In this document: piece by piece, positions 19,648 through 27,911 of the stretch | How positions within the stretch are numbered: the stretch's first letter is position 1 | Layout: every line of letters starts with the position of its first letter | NCBI GenBank assembly: GCA_017453305.1 | Contig: JAFTKJ010000025.1 | Location: forward strand, 392-64,391 | Length of the DNA: 64,000 nt | Reading direction: 5' to 3' | DNA from: Clostridia bacterium | GTDB taxonomy: Bacteria > Bacillota > Clostridia > Oscillospirales > CAG-272 | Made by a program: the position numbers and the translations under genes | The notes under the pieces: generated by a model | Databases searched by the model: none | What the model saw: the letters and a program-made list of their open reading frames with translations, nothing else | Told to the model about the DNA's origin: nothing

Positions 19648-20502
19648 ATGTATCAATTTCCAATAGGTGTCGTTGTGGAATCCTTCCGTAAGGAGATCCA
19701 CGAGGCAATCAAAGAGGCGAGCCGTCTGGGCTTGGACGGTATTCAGATGTACGGAACGCGCGGAGAGTTCGCACCCGAAAACTTCAGCACCGAAAAGCGC
19801 CGCGAGCTGTTGCAGTTTGCAAAGGACAACGGCGTCAAGTTTTCCGCGATCTGCGGTGACTTCGGTCACGGCTTTATGAGCGTGGAGGACAACAAAATTT
19901 ACGTGGAACGCTCCAAAAGGGTAGTAGATCTTGCTTTGGAGATGGAAACAAACATCGTTACTACGCACATCGGCGTCGTTCCCGAGGATAAGAACCACGA
20001 GCGCTACAAGATCATGCAAGAGGCATGCTACGAGCTGGCACAGTATGCCGACAGCGTCAACGCGCATTTCGCTGTGGAAACGGGACCCGAGACCTCGGCA
20101 GTGCTTGGCGATTTTCTTGATTCGCTCGGCTCTTGCGGTGTAGGCGTCAACCTTGACCCCGCAAACCTGATCATGGTTACGGGAGACGATCCCGTGGCGG
20201 CTGTGCACCGCTTGAAGAAATACATCGTTCATACTCACGCAAAGGACGGCGTTATGCTCAAGCGCACCAATCCCGAGTATATCTACCGCGTCATTCCCAT
20301 GCCCGAGGACATGGAGCATATCGACGCGTTCAAGGAAACGCCTCTCGGCGAGGGCGGCGTTGACTTTACCGCATACCTCAAGGCATTGGAGGAGATCGGC
20401 TATCGCGGATTTTTGACCATTGAGCGCGAGGCAGGCGACACGCCGGCAAAGGATATCACCATTGCTGCAGATTATTTGAGAAAGATCATAAAGGAGAATT
20501 GA
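19648..20502 (+). CDS. sugar phosphate isomerase/epimerase (xylose isomerase-like TIM barrel)
   Basis: 284 aa; AP-endonuclease-2/TIM-barrel family signature, RBS caaggaggatgtaattATG. Confidence 0.8.
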   Translation: MYQFPIGVVVESFRKEIHEAIKEASRLGLDGIQMYGTRGEFAPENFSTEKRRELLQFAKDNGVKFSAICGDFGHGFMSVEDNKIYVERSKRVVDLALEMETNIVTTHIGVVPEDKNHERYKIMQEACYELAQYADSVNAHFAVETGPETSAVLGDFLDSLGSCGVGVNLDPANLIMVTGDDPVAAVHRLKKYIVHTHAKDGVMLKRTNPEYIYRVIPMPEDMEHIDAFKETPLGEGGVDFTAYLKALEEIGYRGFLTIEREAGDTPAKDITIAADYLRKIIKEN

Positions 20503-20503
20503 T

Positions 20504-21556
20504 ATGCAAAAGATCGTTGCTGTTATCGGTTGCGGAAGAATTGCGGTTGGTGCGCATCTTCCCGCATTGAAAAAAATGGAGGACGTTCGCATTAAATATG
20601 CCTGCGACCTGATTGTAGAGAAAGCAGAAAGAGCCGTAACGGAGTTTGGTGCCGAGCAAGCCATCACCGATTATAAGATCGCGCTTGCCGATCCCGAGGT
20701 ACAGACCGTGTTCGTCCTGACACCCAACTATGCACACTACGTGGTCACCATGGATGCGCTCAAAGCCGGCAAGCACGTATTTTGCGAAAAGCCCATCACC
20801 GTCAACTACAAGCTTTCCTGCGAGATGGCGCAAGAGGCAGAAAAGCAGGGCAAGCTGCTTACCATTGGCGTATGCAACCGTTTCCACGAGTCGGTTTGCC
20901 GCATTGCACAAATGAACAAGGAGGGCTTGCTGGGTAACATCTATCACGTGTACTGCTCCTTCCGCGCGCATCGCTCCATTCCGGGTCTTGGCGGCGCGTT
21001 CACCAATAAAAAGGAGTCGGGCGGCGGCGTGCTGATCGACTGGGGTATCCACTACCTCGACCTCATCCTTTACATCCTCGGCGGCGTAGAGCTCAAGAGC
21101 GTTACCGCCAACACCTACAGCGAGATGGCAAAGGATATGGCGGCATACCAATACAAGAGCATGTGGGCAGAGGACACCAAGAGAATTGAGGATGGCGTTA
21201 ACGACGTAGATGACTTTGTTACAGGCTATATCCGCACCAACAAGGCGTCTATTTCCTTCAATGGCGCATGGGCACAAAACATTGGTATCAGTGATACGTA
21301 TATCGATTTTCTCGGTGATAAGGGCGGTGTTCGCATGGATTATTGCGGTCACTTCACATATTACAAGAATGACCTGACCGAGGAGCGTCCTGATTTTGAA
21401 ATTCCCCCGATGCACGAGCTGGAGGACATCGACTTTTTGGATGCTTGCGAGAAGGGAATTCCCAATCGCAGCAACATCAACGACGTTCTGGAAAGCGCAA
21501 AGCTGCTGGACGCCATTTACGAGTCGGCAGAAAAGAACTGCGAGATCACGTTTTAA
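20504..21556 (+). CDS. Gfo/Idh/MocA family NAD(P)-dependent oxidoreductase
   Basis: 350 aa; N-terminal Rossmann VIGCGRIAVGAHLPAL, EKP motif (CEKPITVN). Confidence 0.85.
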   Translation: MQKIVAVIGCGRIAVGAHLPALKKMEDVRIKYACDLIVEKAERAVTEFGAEQAITDYKIALADPEVQTVFVLTPNYAHYVVTMDALKAGKHVFCEKPITVNYKLSCEMAQEAEKQGKLLTIGVCNRFHESVCRIAQMNKEGLLGNIYHVYCSFRAHRSIPGLGGAFTNKKESGGGVLIDWGIHYLDLILYILGGVELKSVTANTYSEMAKDMAAYQYKSMWAEDTKRIEDGVNDVDDFVTGYIRTNKASISFNGAWAQNIGISDTYIDFLGDKGGVRMDYCGHFTYYKNDLTEERPDFEIPPMHELEDIDFLDACEKGIPNRSNINDVLESAKLLDAIYESAEKNCEITF

Positions 21557-21604
21557 AATTTTTTTGGAAAAAGTCTCTCGAGGTAGCGTACCTGCCATAG
21601 AGCA

Positions 21605-21800
21605 GGTACGCATCGATATAAATCCGCTAATGCGGATTTTCGATATACGCTAACGCGTTTGATATGTGCTGTCGCACTCGATATGCTCACTGCGTGAGCG
21701 CGGATTTATATCATATCGAGTTTGAGCATAGCGAAAACATATCGAATTTGCTGCAAGGCAAATATATCGAGCCGAGCAAAGCGACGGCATATCGACAAAA
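21605..21800. repeat. symmetric array of 7-bp repeats: 3x TCGATAT followed by 4x ATATCGA
   Basis: TCGATAT at 21613, 21640, 21678; ATATCGA at 21713, 21739, 21764, 21789; plus long-range inverted repeat cgatataaatccgc / gcggatttatatc. Confidence 0.6.
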
Positions 21801-21847
21801 TCAAAATAGCTTATGTGGACACAGAAGCAGTGCTTGTCAAGAAAAAA

Positions 21848-21882
21848 GGACGAGAAATTTCAGCAATTTCTCGTCCTTTTCC
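21848..21882 (+). terminator. rho-independent terminator (12-bp perfect stem + T-run)
   Basis: ggacgagaaatt-tcagca-aatttctcgtcc-tttt. Confidence 0.6.
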
Positions 21883-22157
21883 TGTCGGTAGGTATTTTCA
21901 ATTTCATACTGCTCTACCGCAAGCACCCCGTGGAGACTTTTTCTTTATTTTCCAAAGCAGATTTTACACAAAAAATGCTAAAAAACAGCGAAAAAATATC
22001 AAAAAACGAAAGGGAAGACCAAAACTGTCATATTGCACAAATTTGGGTGTTCCTTTTTGTGCGTTTTGCGAATTGACAAAAGTGCTTTTTTTATATATAA
22101 TATGTGTACGCCCAAACGAGTTTTTTGGGAAAGTTTTATTTAATAGGAGGAAACCTA

Positions 22158-23740
22158 TGAAAACAATCACAAAACTGTTGGTTCTGTTGCTGGCTGTAGT
22201 CATGTTGGTTCCTTGCCTTGCTGCTTGTGGCGGCAACGGTGATGGCAACGACACGACTGTAGATAACGGCGGAGCTAACAAACCCGATGACGGAGAGACG
22301 ACTACTGCCGATGGCTCAGTCGCAATGCCTCCCGTGGTTCAAATGACCGACGGCAACGGTGGTCAGTACGTCTACAAGGCACATAAGGCTTCTAACGCAG
22401 CCGAGGGCTTTGCAGGCACCGCTTCTACCGACGGTAACGGCGGCTTCTACTGCGAGGACTTCTACGTAGCAGAAACCAGTGAGGACGCGCTTTCCTTTGC
22501 TGTGTACACCAGAAACCAGACCATTCAGGAAACCTACAACATCCGTATTGCAATGGTTCCGCAGATTGGTAACATGTACAAGGAGCTCAACCAGTTCTAC
22601 ACCAACGGTGAAAAGCACGATGCAACCATCATCAAGACCATGTCCGCAGCTTCTGCGGCAACCGGTAACCTGCTCAAGGACGTTAACTCCATGCAGCACG
22701 TTGATCTAACGCACCCCGCGTTCGACCAGAACTCCGTAAAGCAGCTCTCTATGGGCGGTAAGCTCTATTACCTCAGCGGTGATATGAACATCTCCTCCAT
22801 GGATAACTACGCTCCCACCATTGTTAACATGCAGATGTACAACGACCTCTCCGAGACCATCGTTGATACCTTTGGCGAGGACATCTATGCAAACATCTAC
22901 GAGCTCGTAACCGAGAAACTGTGGACCATGGATACCATGCTCACCATTGCCGAGCTGGCAAATGTTGACCAGAACAAGTCTGACGGCGCTCTTAGCGTAA
23001 CCAAGGGCGACACCGTTGGTTACTTCATGTACTCTGCTTCTCCTCTGTACTACTTCTACGGTGCAGGCGGACGTATCTCCGAGATCGACGAGGACGGTTA
23101 CCCCGAGCTCGTTATCGCTGAAGATAAGAACGTTGAGATCTACGAGTACCTCATTCGTAACTTCAATACCGTAAAGAACAGCTGGATTCCTCAAGGCGCA
23201 TCCGGCGATAGAAAGACCAACTTCTACGGCGGCGGTACACTCTTTACCGATATGACCCTTTGGGACGTACGTAAGGGCCTTTACACCACCGCTACCTTCG
23301 AGTACGGTATTCTCCCGAACCCCCTGTTTGAAGAGGGCAACGATTATGCATGCGCAATCTACTTCCAGAACTGCCACCACCTGTGGGCAATCCCCTCCAT
23401 GTGCGGCAATGAAGAGTACGCAGGCAGACTCCTCCAGGTATTTGCAGTCTACTCCAGCCTGAAGGATTCCACCATGGACGCATACTACACCAAGACCATG
23501 TACCTCACCGTTGCGGGCGATAAGGGCTCCCGTGAGGTTATGGATATCATCAGAGCTTCTCTGTCTTACGATATCGCAGGTCTGTATGACTGGGGTCAGT
23601 TCATGTCCACCATCAGAAGCGCAGGTGGCGCATCTTCCAACCAGCTCACCTCTAGGATCAACAACATGGACGTTGCAGAAGAGGCTATGCAGCTGACTCT
23701 TGAGAAGTTCAAGAATCCTCAGTACGTTCCCGAAGAGTAA
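22158..23740 (+). CDS. lipoprotein, paralog 1 of tandem pair (function unknown)
   Basis: MKTITKLLVLLLAVVMLVPCLAACG lipobox; 527 aa; own promoter TTGACA-17-TATAAT (~22070-22098) and terminator. Confidence 0.7.
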
Positions 23741-23766
23741 TTTCTGACCGAACGGTTCTGAATCAC

Positions 23767-23806
23767 ACCGCACCGCAAGTGCCTTGGCACTTGCGGTGCT
23801 TTTTTT
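23767..23806 (+). terminator. terminator after lipoprotein paralog 1
   Basis: caccgcaccgcaagtgcc-ttg-gcacttgcggtgc + T7. Confidence 0.65.
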
Positions 23807-23963
23807 GCTTAACGTTTTGAAAAAATTGATTTTTAGCTATATTGCACAAAAGGGAATTGCGTTTTTTGTGTGTTTTGCGAATTGACGAAATTACGTTTTT
23901 TATATATAATATAGACACGCCCAAACGAGTTTTTTGGGATTTATTTTATATAGGAGGAAACTT

Positions 23964-25541
23964 ATGAAAACAATCACAAAACTGTTGGTTCTGTTGCTGG
24001 CTGTAGTCATGTTGGTTCCTTGCCTTGCTGCTTGCGGCAATGGTGATGGCAACGACACGACTGTAGATAACGGCGGAGCGAACAACCCCGATGACGGAGA
24101 GACGACTACTGCCGACGGTGCAGTCGTAATGCCTCCCGTCCTTCAATTGACCGATGGTAACGGCGGTCAGTACGTCTACAAGGTACATAAGGCTTCCAAC
24201 GCCGCTGAAGGATTTGTTTCAGCAGACGACTCTAACCAGGCCTTTTATTGCGAGGATTTTTGGGTAGCGGAAACCAGCGAGGACGCTCTTTCCTTCGCTG
24301 TATACACCAGAAATCAAACCATTCAGGAAACCTACAACATCCGCATCGCTATGGTTCCACAGGTTGGCAATATGTATAAGGAGCTCAACACCTTTTACAC
24401 CAATGGTGAAAAGCACGATGCTACCATCATCAAGACCATTTCCGCAGCTACTGCGGCAACCGGTAATCTGCTTCAGGACGTGCACACGCTGGATTACGTT
24501 GATCTGGAGCACCCCGCGTTCGACCAGAACTCCGTAAAGCAGTTTTCCATGGGCGGTAAGCTCTACTACCTCAGCGGTGATATGAACATCTCCTCTATGG
24601 ATAACTTCGCACCCACCATCGTCAACATGCAGATGTACAACGACCTCTCCGAGACCATCGTTGATACCTTTGGCGAAGACATCTATGCAAACATCTACGA
24701 GCTCGTAACCGAGAAACTGTGGACCATGGATACCATGCTCACCATTGCAGAGCTTTGCAACGTTGACCAGAACAAGTCTGACGGACCTCTTGACGTAAGC
24801 AAGAACGATACCGTTGGTTACTTCCAATACAGCGCATCTCCTTTGTACTACTTCTTCGGTGCAGGTGGACGCATTTCTGAGATCGATGAAGACGGCTATC
24901 CCGAGCTCGTTATTGCTGAGGATAGAAACGTTGAGATCTATGAGTATATTCTCCGTAACTTCAATACCGTGAGCAACAGTTGGATCCCCAACGGTAACTC
25001 CGGTCCGAGAAAGACCAACTTCTTTGGCGGTGGTACGCTCTTTACTGATATGACGCTTTGGGACGTTCGTAAGCAACTGTACACGAGCGCACAATTTGAG
25101 TACGGTATTCTTCCGAACCCGTTGTACGAGGAGGGTGACGATTACGCGTGCGCGATCTATTTCCAATCCTGCCATCACGTATGGGCAATCCCCTCAATGT
25201 GCACCGATGCGAAGAACGCAGGCTTGCTGCTGCAGGTGTTTGCAGTTTACTCCAGCCTGAAGGATTCCACCATGGACGCATACTACACCAAGACCATGTA
25301 TCTCACCGTTGCAGGAGACAAGGGCTCCCGTGAGGTTATGGATATCATTAAGAGCTCTCTTTCTTACGATATTGCAGGTCTGTACAACTGGGGTCTGTTC
25401 CAGGACACCATCCTGAATGCAGACACAGCACCTTCCAACCAGCTCACCTCTAAGATCAACAACATGGACGTTGCAGAAGAGGCTATGCAGCTGACTCTTG
25501 AGAAGTTCAAGAATCCTCAGTACGTTCCGAACGAAGACTAA
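23964..25541 (+). CDS. lipoprotein, paralog 2 of tandem pair (function unknown)
   Basis: Identical signal/lipobox, ~85% aa identity to 22158..23740; 525 aa; duplicated promoter (~23890-23918) and identical terminator. Confidence 0.7.
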   Translation: MKTITKLLVLLLAVVMLVPCLAACGNGDGNDTTVDNGGANNPDDGETTTADGAVVMPPVLQLTDGNGGQYVYKVHKASNAAEGFVSADDSNQAFYCEDFWVAETSEDALSFAVYTRNQTIQETYNIRIAMVPQVGNMYKELNTFYTNGEKHDATIIKTISAATAATGNLLQDVHTLDYVDLEHPAFDQNSVKQFSMGGKLYYLSGDMNISSMDNFAPTIVNMQMYNDLSETIVDTFGEDIYANIYELVTEKLWTMDTMLTIAELCNVDQNKSDGPLDVSKNDTVGYFQYSASPLYYFFGAGGRISEIDEDGYPELVIAEDRNVEIYEYILRNFNTVSNSWIPNGNSGPRKTNFFGGGTLFTDMTLWDVRKQLYTSAQFEYGILPNPLYEEGDDYACAIYFQSCHHVWAIPSMCTDAKNAGLLLQVFAVYSSLKDSTMDAYYTKTMYLTVAGDKGSREVMDIIKSSLSYDIAGLYNWGLFQDTILNADTAPSNQLTSKINNMDVAEEAMQLTLEKFKNPQYVPNED

Positions 25542-25562
25542 TTTGGAAGAACACTTCCAAAA

Positions 25563-25603
25563 AACACCGCACCGCAAGTGCCTTGGCACTTGCGGTGCTT
25601 TTT
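25563..25603 (+). terminator. terminator after lipoprotein paralog 2 (same sequence as 23767..23806)
   Basis: caccgcaccgcaagtgccttggcacttgcggtgc + T7. Confidence 0.65.
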
Positions 25604-25683
25604 TTGTATAACGCCCCCCGCTAAGCGGGTGGTTTTCGTTATACAATTAAGGGCTGTCTCAACTTGAGACAGCCCTTTTGCTA

Positions 25684-26232
25684 TCAGCACGCCACGGTCA
25701 ACCGTTCCAAAGTGTTGCCGTTGGTATGACTGTGCAGGTACACGCGCGTGCATTTGCGGTATTTGCAAAACAGCTTTTTTGCCTTTTCGGGGTCCCCATA
25801 GGCTTTCCAACAACCGATACAGGTAGGGGCGCAATCCGGGCACAAGAAGCCTTTGACGTCCTCGATGGGGTAGCCCAAAAACAAGCCGATCTCGTGCGGA
25901 AAATTCTTGGATTGACGCAAGCGCCGGCACAGCTGTGCAACGCATTGCTCGGCGGTAGCATAGTGATAGCCGAGGTCTGCAAGCAAGGCACGCGCTTCGG
26001 GGTGTGAGAGGTCCTGCATCAACTTTTTGGGTCGGTAAACGTAAATGAGGGCGCGGTTTTGGTCGAAGCGCAGGGGAATGATGCGCAAGCCCTTGGCACT
26101 CAGCTGTCGATTGTAGCGGCGAATGCGATGCGCCAATGCTTTTGCGGAAGGGCAGGGGCAGGAGAAGAGGCTGCCTGTTTTCATCCCTGCCAAGGTAGGG
26201 GAGCAGTGGCGGAGCAACAGTTCTTCTGACAT
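25684..26232 (-). CDS. DUF3793-like hypothetical protein
   Basis: Start at MSEELLLRHCSPTLAGMKTG (RBS aggagg+11); Cys-rich (CPCP, CPDC, CIGC); family assignment tentative. Confidence 0.45.
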   Translation of the reverse strand: MSEELLLRHCSPTLAGMKTGSLFSCPCPSAKALAHRIRRYNRQLSAKGLRIIPLRFDQNRALIYVYRPKKLMQDLSHPEARALLADLGYHYATAEQCVAQLCRRLRQSKNFPHEIGLFLGYPIEDVKGFLCPDCAPTCIGCWKAYGDPEKAKKLFCKYRKCTRVYLHSHTNGNTLERLTVAC

Positions 26233-26274
26233 TCTATCATCAACCTCCTTCTGGAGAGCATTTTCCTCCATCGG

Positions 26275-26337
26275 TTAGCTTGTGCTAACCGAAAGACAAT
26301 AAAAAAGAAAGAAAACAAGTTAGCATATGCTAACTAA
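26275..26337. promoter_or_regulatory. two copies of 18-bp palindromic operator-like site GTTAGC-N4-GCTAAC
   Basis: ggttagcttgtgctaacc (26275-26292) and agttagcatatgctaact (26320-26337) in divergent intergenic region. Confidence 0.45.
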
Positions 26338-26469
26338 TGTTATTATAGCAGAAAAAAACGGAGTTGTCAAGGGATTTTTTTAAAAAGGTGTGATTTTTTT
26401 GCATTTTACTTGCATTCAATGTGGGAGTGTGTTATAATAAGGTCAATAAAAGCAAAGAAGGAATCGTTT

Positions 26470-27048
26470 ATGAAGCTGACACAGTTATTTCAAAAGGATC
26501 GTCTTTCGCTTTCGTTTGAGGTCTTTCCGCCCAAAACGGACACCTCATTTGAGAGCGTCAAGCAAGCCACCGAGGAGATTGCCAAGCTGCACCCCGCGTT
26601 TATGAGCGTAACCTACGGCGCAGGCGGCGGAACCAGCCGCTACACCATGGAGATCACGCAGAACATCAAGGAGCATTACAACGTTCCCACCCTGGCACAT
26701 TTGACCTGCGTTTCCTCCACAAAGGAGACCGTGCACGCAAAGATCGGACAGATTCGTGCGGCGGGCATTACCGTACCGATTATTCCAGGCATTATGCCTA
26801 TTACCAACGGCAACCAGATCGAGCGTGCCATCAAGCTCTCGGGCTCATTTATGCCGCAACGGTTCAAAGCCTTGGTGGATAAATTTGGTACTTCTCCTGC
26901 CGCTATGAAGCAGGCGGGAATTGCCTACGCCACCGATCAGATCATCGACCTGTTTGCAAACGGCATCACAAACGTGCACGTTTACTCCATGAACAAGCCC
27001 GACGTTGCCGCCGCAATACAAAGCAATCTTTCCGATATTTTGGGGTGA
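26470..27048 (+). CDS. metF: methylenetetrahydrofolate reductase (MetF) homolog with ~100-aa in-frame internal deletion
   Basis: MKLTQLFQKDRLSLSFEVFPPKT...SVTYGAGGGT...HLTC... then GI-TVPIIPGIMPI; the segment equivalent to E. coli MetF ~120-220 (ALRGD... FAD/catalytic core) is absent. Confidence 0.6.
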   Translation: MKLTQLFQKDRLSLSFEVFPPKTDTSFESVKQATEEIAKLHPAFMSVTYGAGGGTSRYTMEITQNIKEHYNVPTLAHLTCVSSTKETVHAKIGQIRAAGITVPIIPGIMPITNGNQIERAIKLSGSFMPQRFKALVDKFGTSPAAMKQAGIAYATDQIIDLFANGITNVHVYSMNKPDVAAAIQSNLSDILG

Positions 27049-27055
27049 GAAAGAA

Positions 27056-27640
27056 ATGGAAGGGGTAATAGAAAGAAGTTTGCAGTCGCTTCAAGCGCGA
27101 TGCATTGCCACATTGTGTATTCCTTTTGGATTGCTGCTGCTTATTTTGGCAGTGATTTGGATTTTGCCGATTTTTTACCACCGCTTGGAGGATGGCAAGA
27201 TCAAAAGCCCACGTGTACGTGTGATCCTGCGTATTTTGTTTGCCGGTTCACGAAAAATAAAAGGGAAGTATAAAAAGCAGAAAGAGATTTTGATGCAGGT
27301 CGTTTTGACGTTGCTTTTTAGTGCCTTGCTGGCGTTATTGATTCTGCCGCAATTCAAACAGCTTTCCATGATTCAACGTGATATTTCCGAGGGCGCATAC
27401 GTCACTTACGAAGGCGCGTATGAAGTAGCCTATCACTCCTCGAGAGAATTTTATCTTTCTGATCTTTGGCTCGATGAGCGCGTGGTTACCCTGACTGATA
27501 CGAATGAGCAGGTTTGGGTGGACATGAGTGGAACGTGGGAGGGAATAACTTCCATCAGCGGAGAATTTTACGGAACGGTAGTGTACGGACAACACAGCAA
27601 ATGGGTGATCTACGTGAATGGATTGGTCGACGCGGAATAA
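27056..27640 (+). CDS. hypothetical membrane protein
   Basis: 194 aa; two TM segments then soluble domain. Confidence 0.4.
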   Translation: MEGVIERSLQSLQARCIATLCIPFGLLLLILAVIWILPIFYHRLEDGKIKSPRVRVILRILFAGSRKIKGKYKKQKEILMQVVLTLLFSALLALLILPQFKQLSMIQRDISEGAYVTYEGAYEVAYHSSREFYLSDLWLDERVVTLTDTNEQVWVDMSGTWEGITSISGEFYGTVVYGQHSKWVIYVNGLVDAE

Positions 27641-27648
27641 AATATAAA

Positions 27649-27690
27649 AAGTGTGCCGCAAATGCATTGCATTTGCGGCACGTTTTTATT
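27649..27690. terminator. bidirectional terminator
   Basis: gtgccgcaaatgca-ttgc-atttgcggcac + ttttatttt. Confidence 0.65.
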
Positions 27691-27699
27691 TTGAAATGA

Positions 27700-27911
27700 T
27701 TATTTCTTCGTGGGAGGCTCGGGAGCCCAAGTCTTGGGGAAGCCTGCTGCAAAGCCCTCCAGGTTATCCTGGTCAAGGGACTTCTTGTTTGCTTCGTCTT
27801 CTTCCAGTGCCTTCTTTACTTCTTCGTCAGCCTCTTTGTTGTTGGCAAAATCGTCCAATCCGCCAAGGATATCGTCCTCTGCCACTTGATTCTTCAATTC
27901 TTCAGACATCT
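27700..27911 (-). CDS. 70-aa highly acidic, probably disordered protein (last gene of SPFH operon)
   Basis: MSEELKNQVAEDDILGGLDDFANNKEADEEVKKALEEDEANKK...; RBS gaggagg; ATG 1 nt after upstream stop. Confidence 0.5.

Noticed and set aside
19588-21613. 359-aa and 375-aa minus-strand ORFs
   Set aside because: Antisense to the sugar isomerase and Gfo/Idh/MocA genes; shadow ORFs.
21605-21800. Possible CRISPR array
   Set aside because: Repeats are only 7 bp and irregularly spaced, partly in inverted orientation; no cas genes.
21722-22157. N-terminal 145-aa extension of the lipoprotein ORF in the track
   Set aside because: It runs through the repeat array and terminator. The real start is the ATG at 22158, preceded by aggaggaaacctATG and followed immediately by a signal peptide/lipobox; the paralog starts at the equivalent position.
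26272-26469. SAM (S-box) riboswitch upstream of metF-like gene
   Set aside because: Conserved S-box helices/sequence not present; the region instead has a plain promoter and the GTTAGC palindromes.
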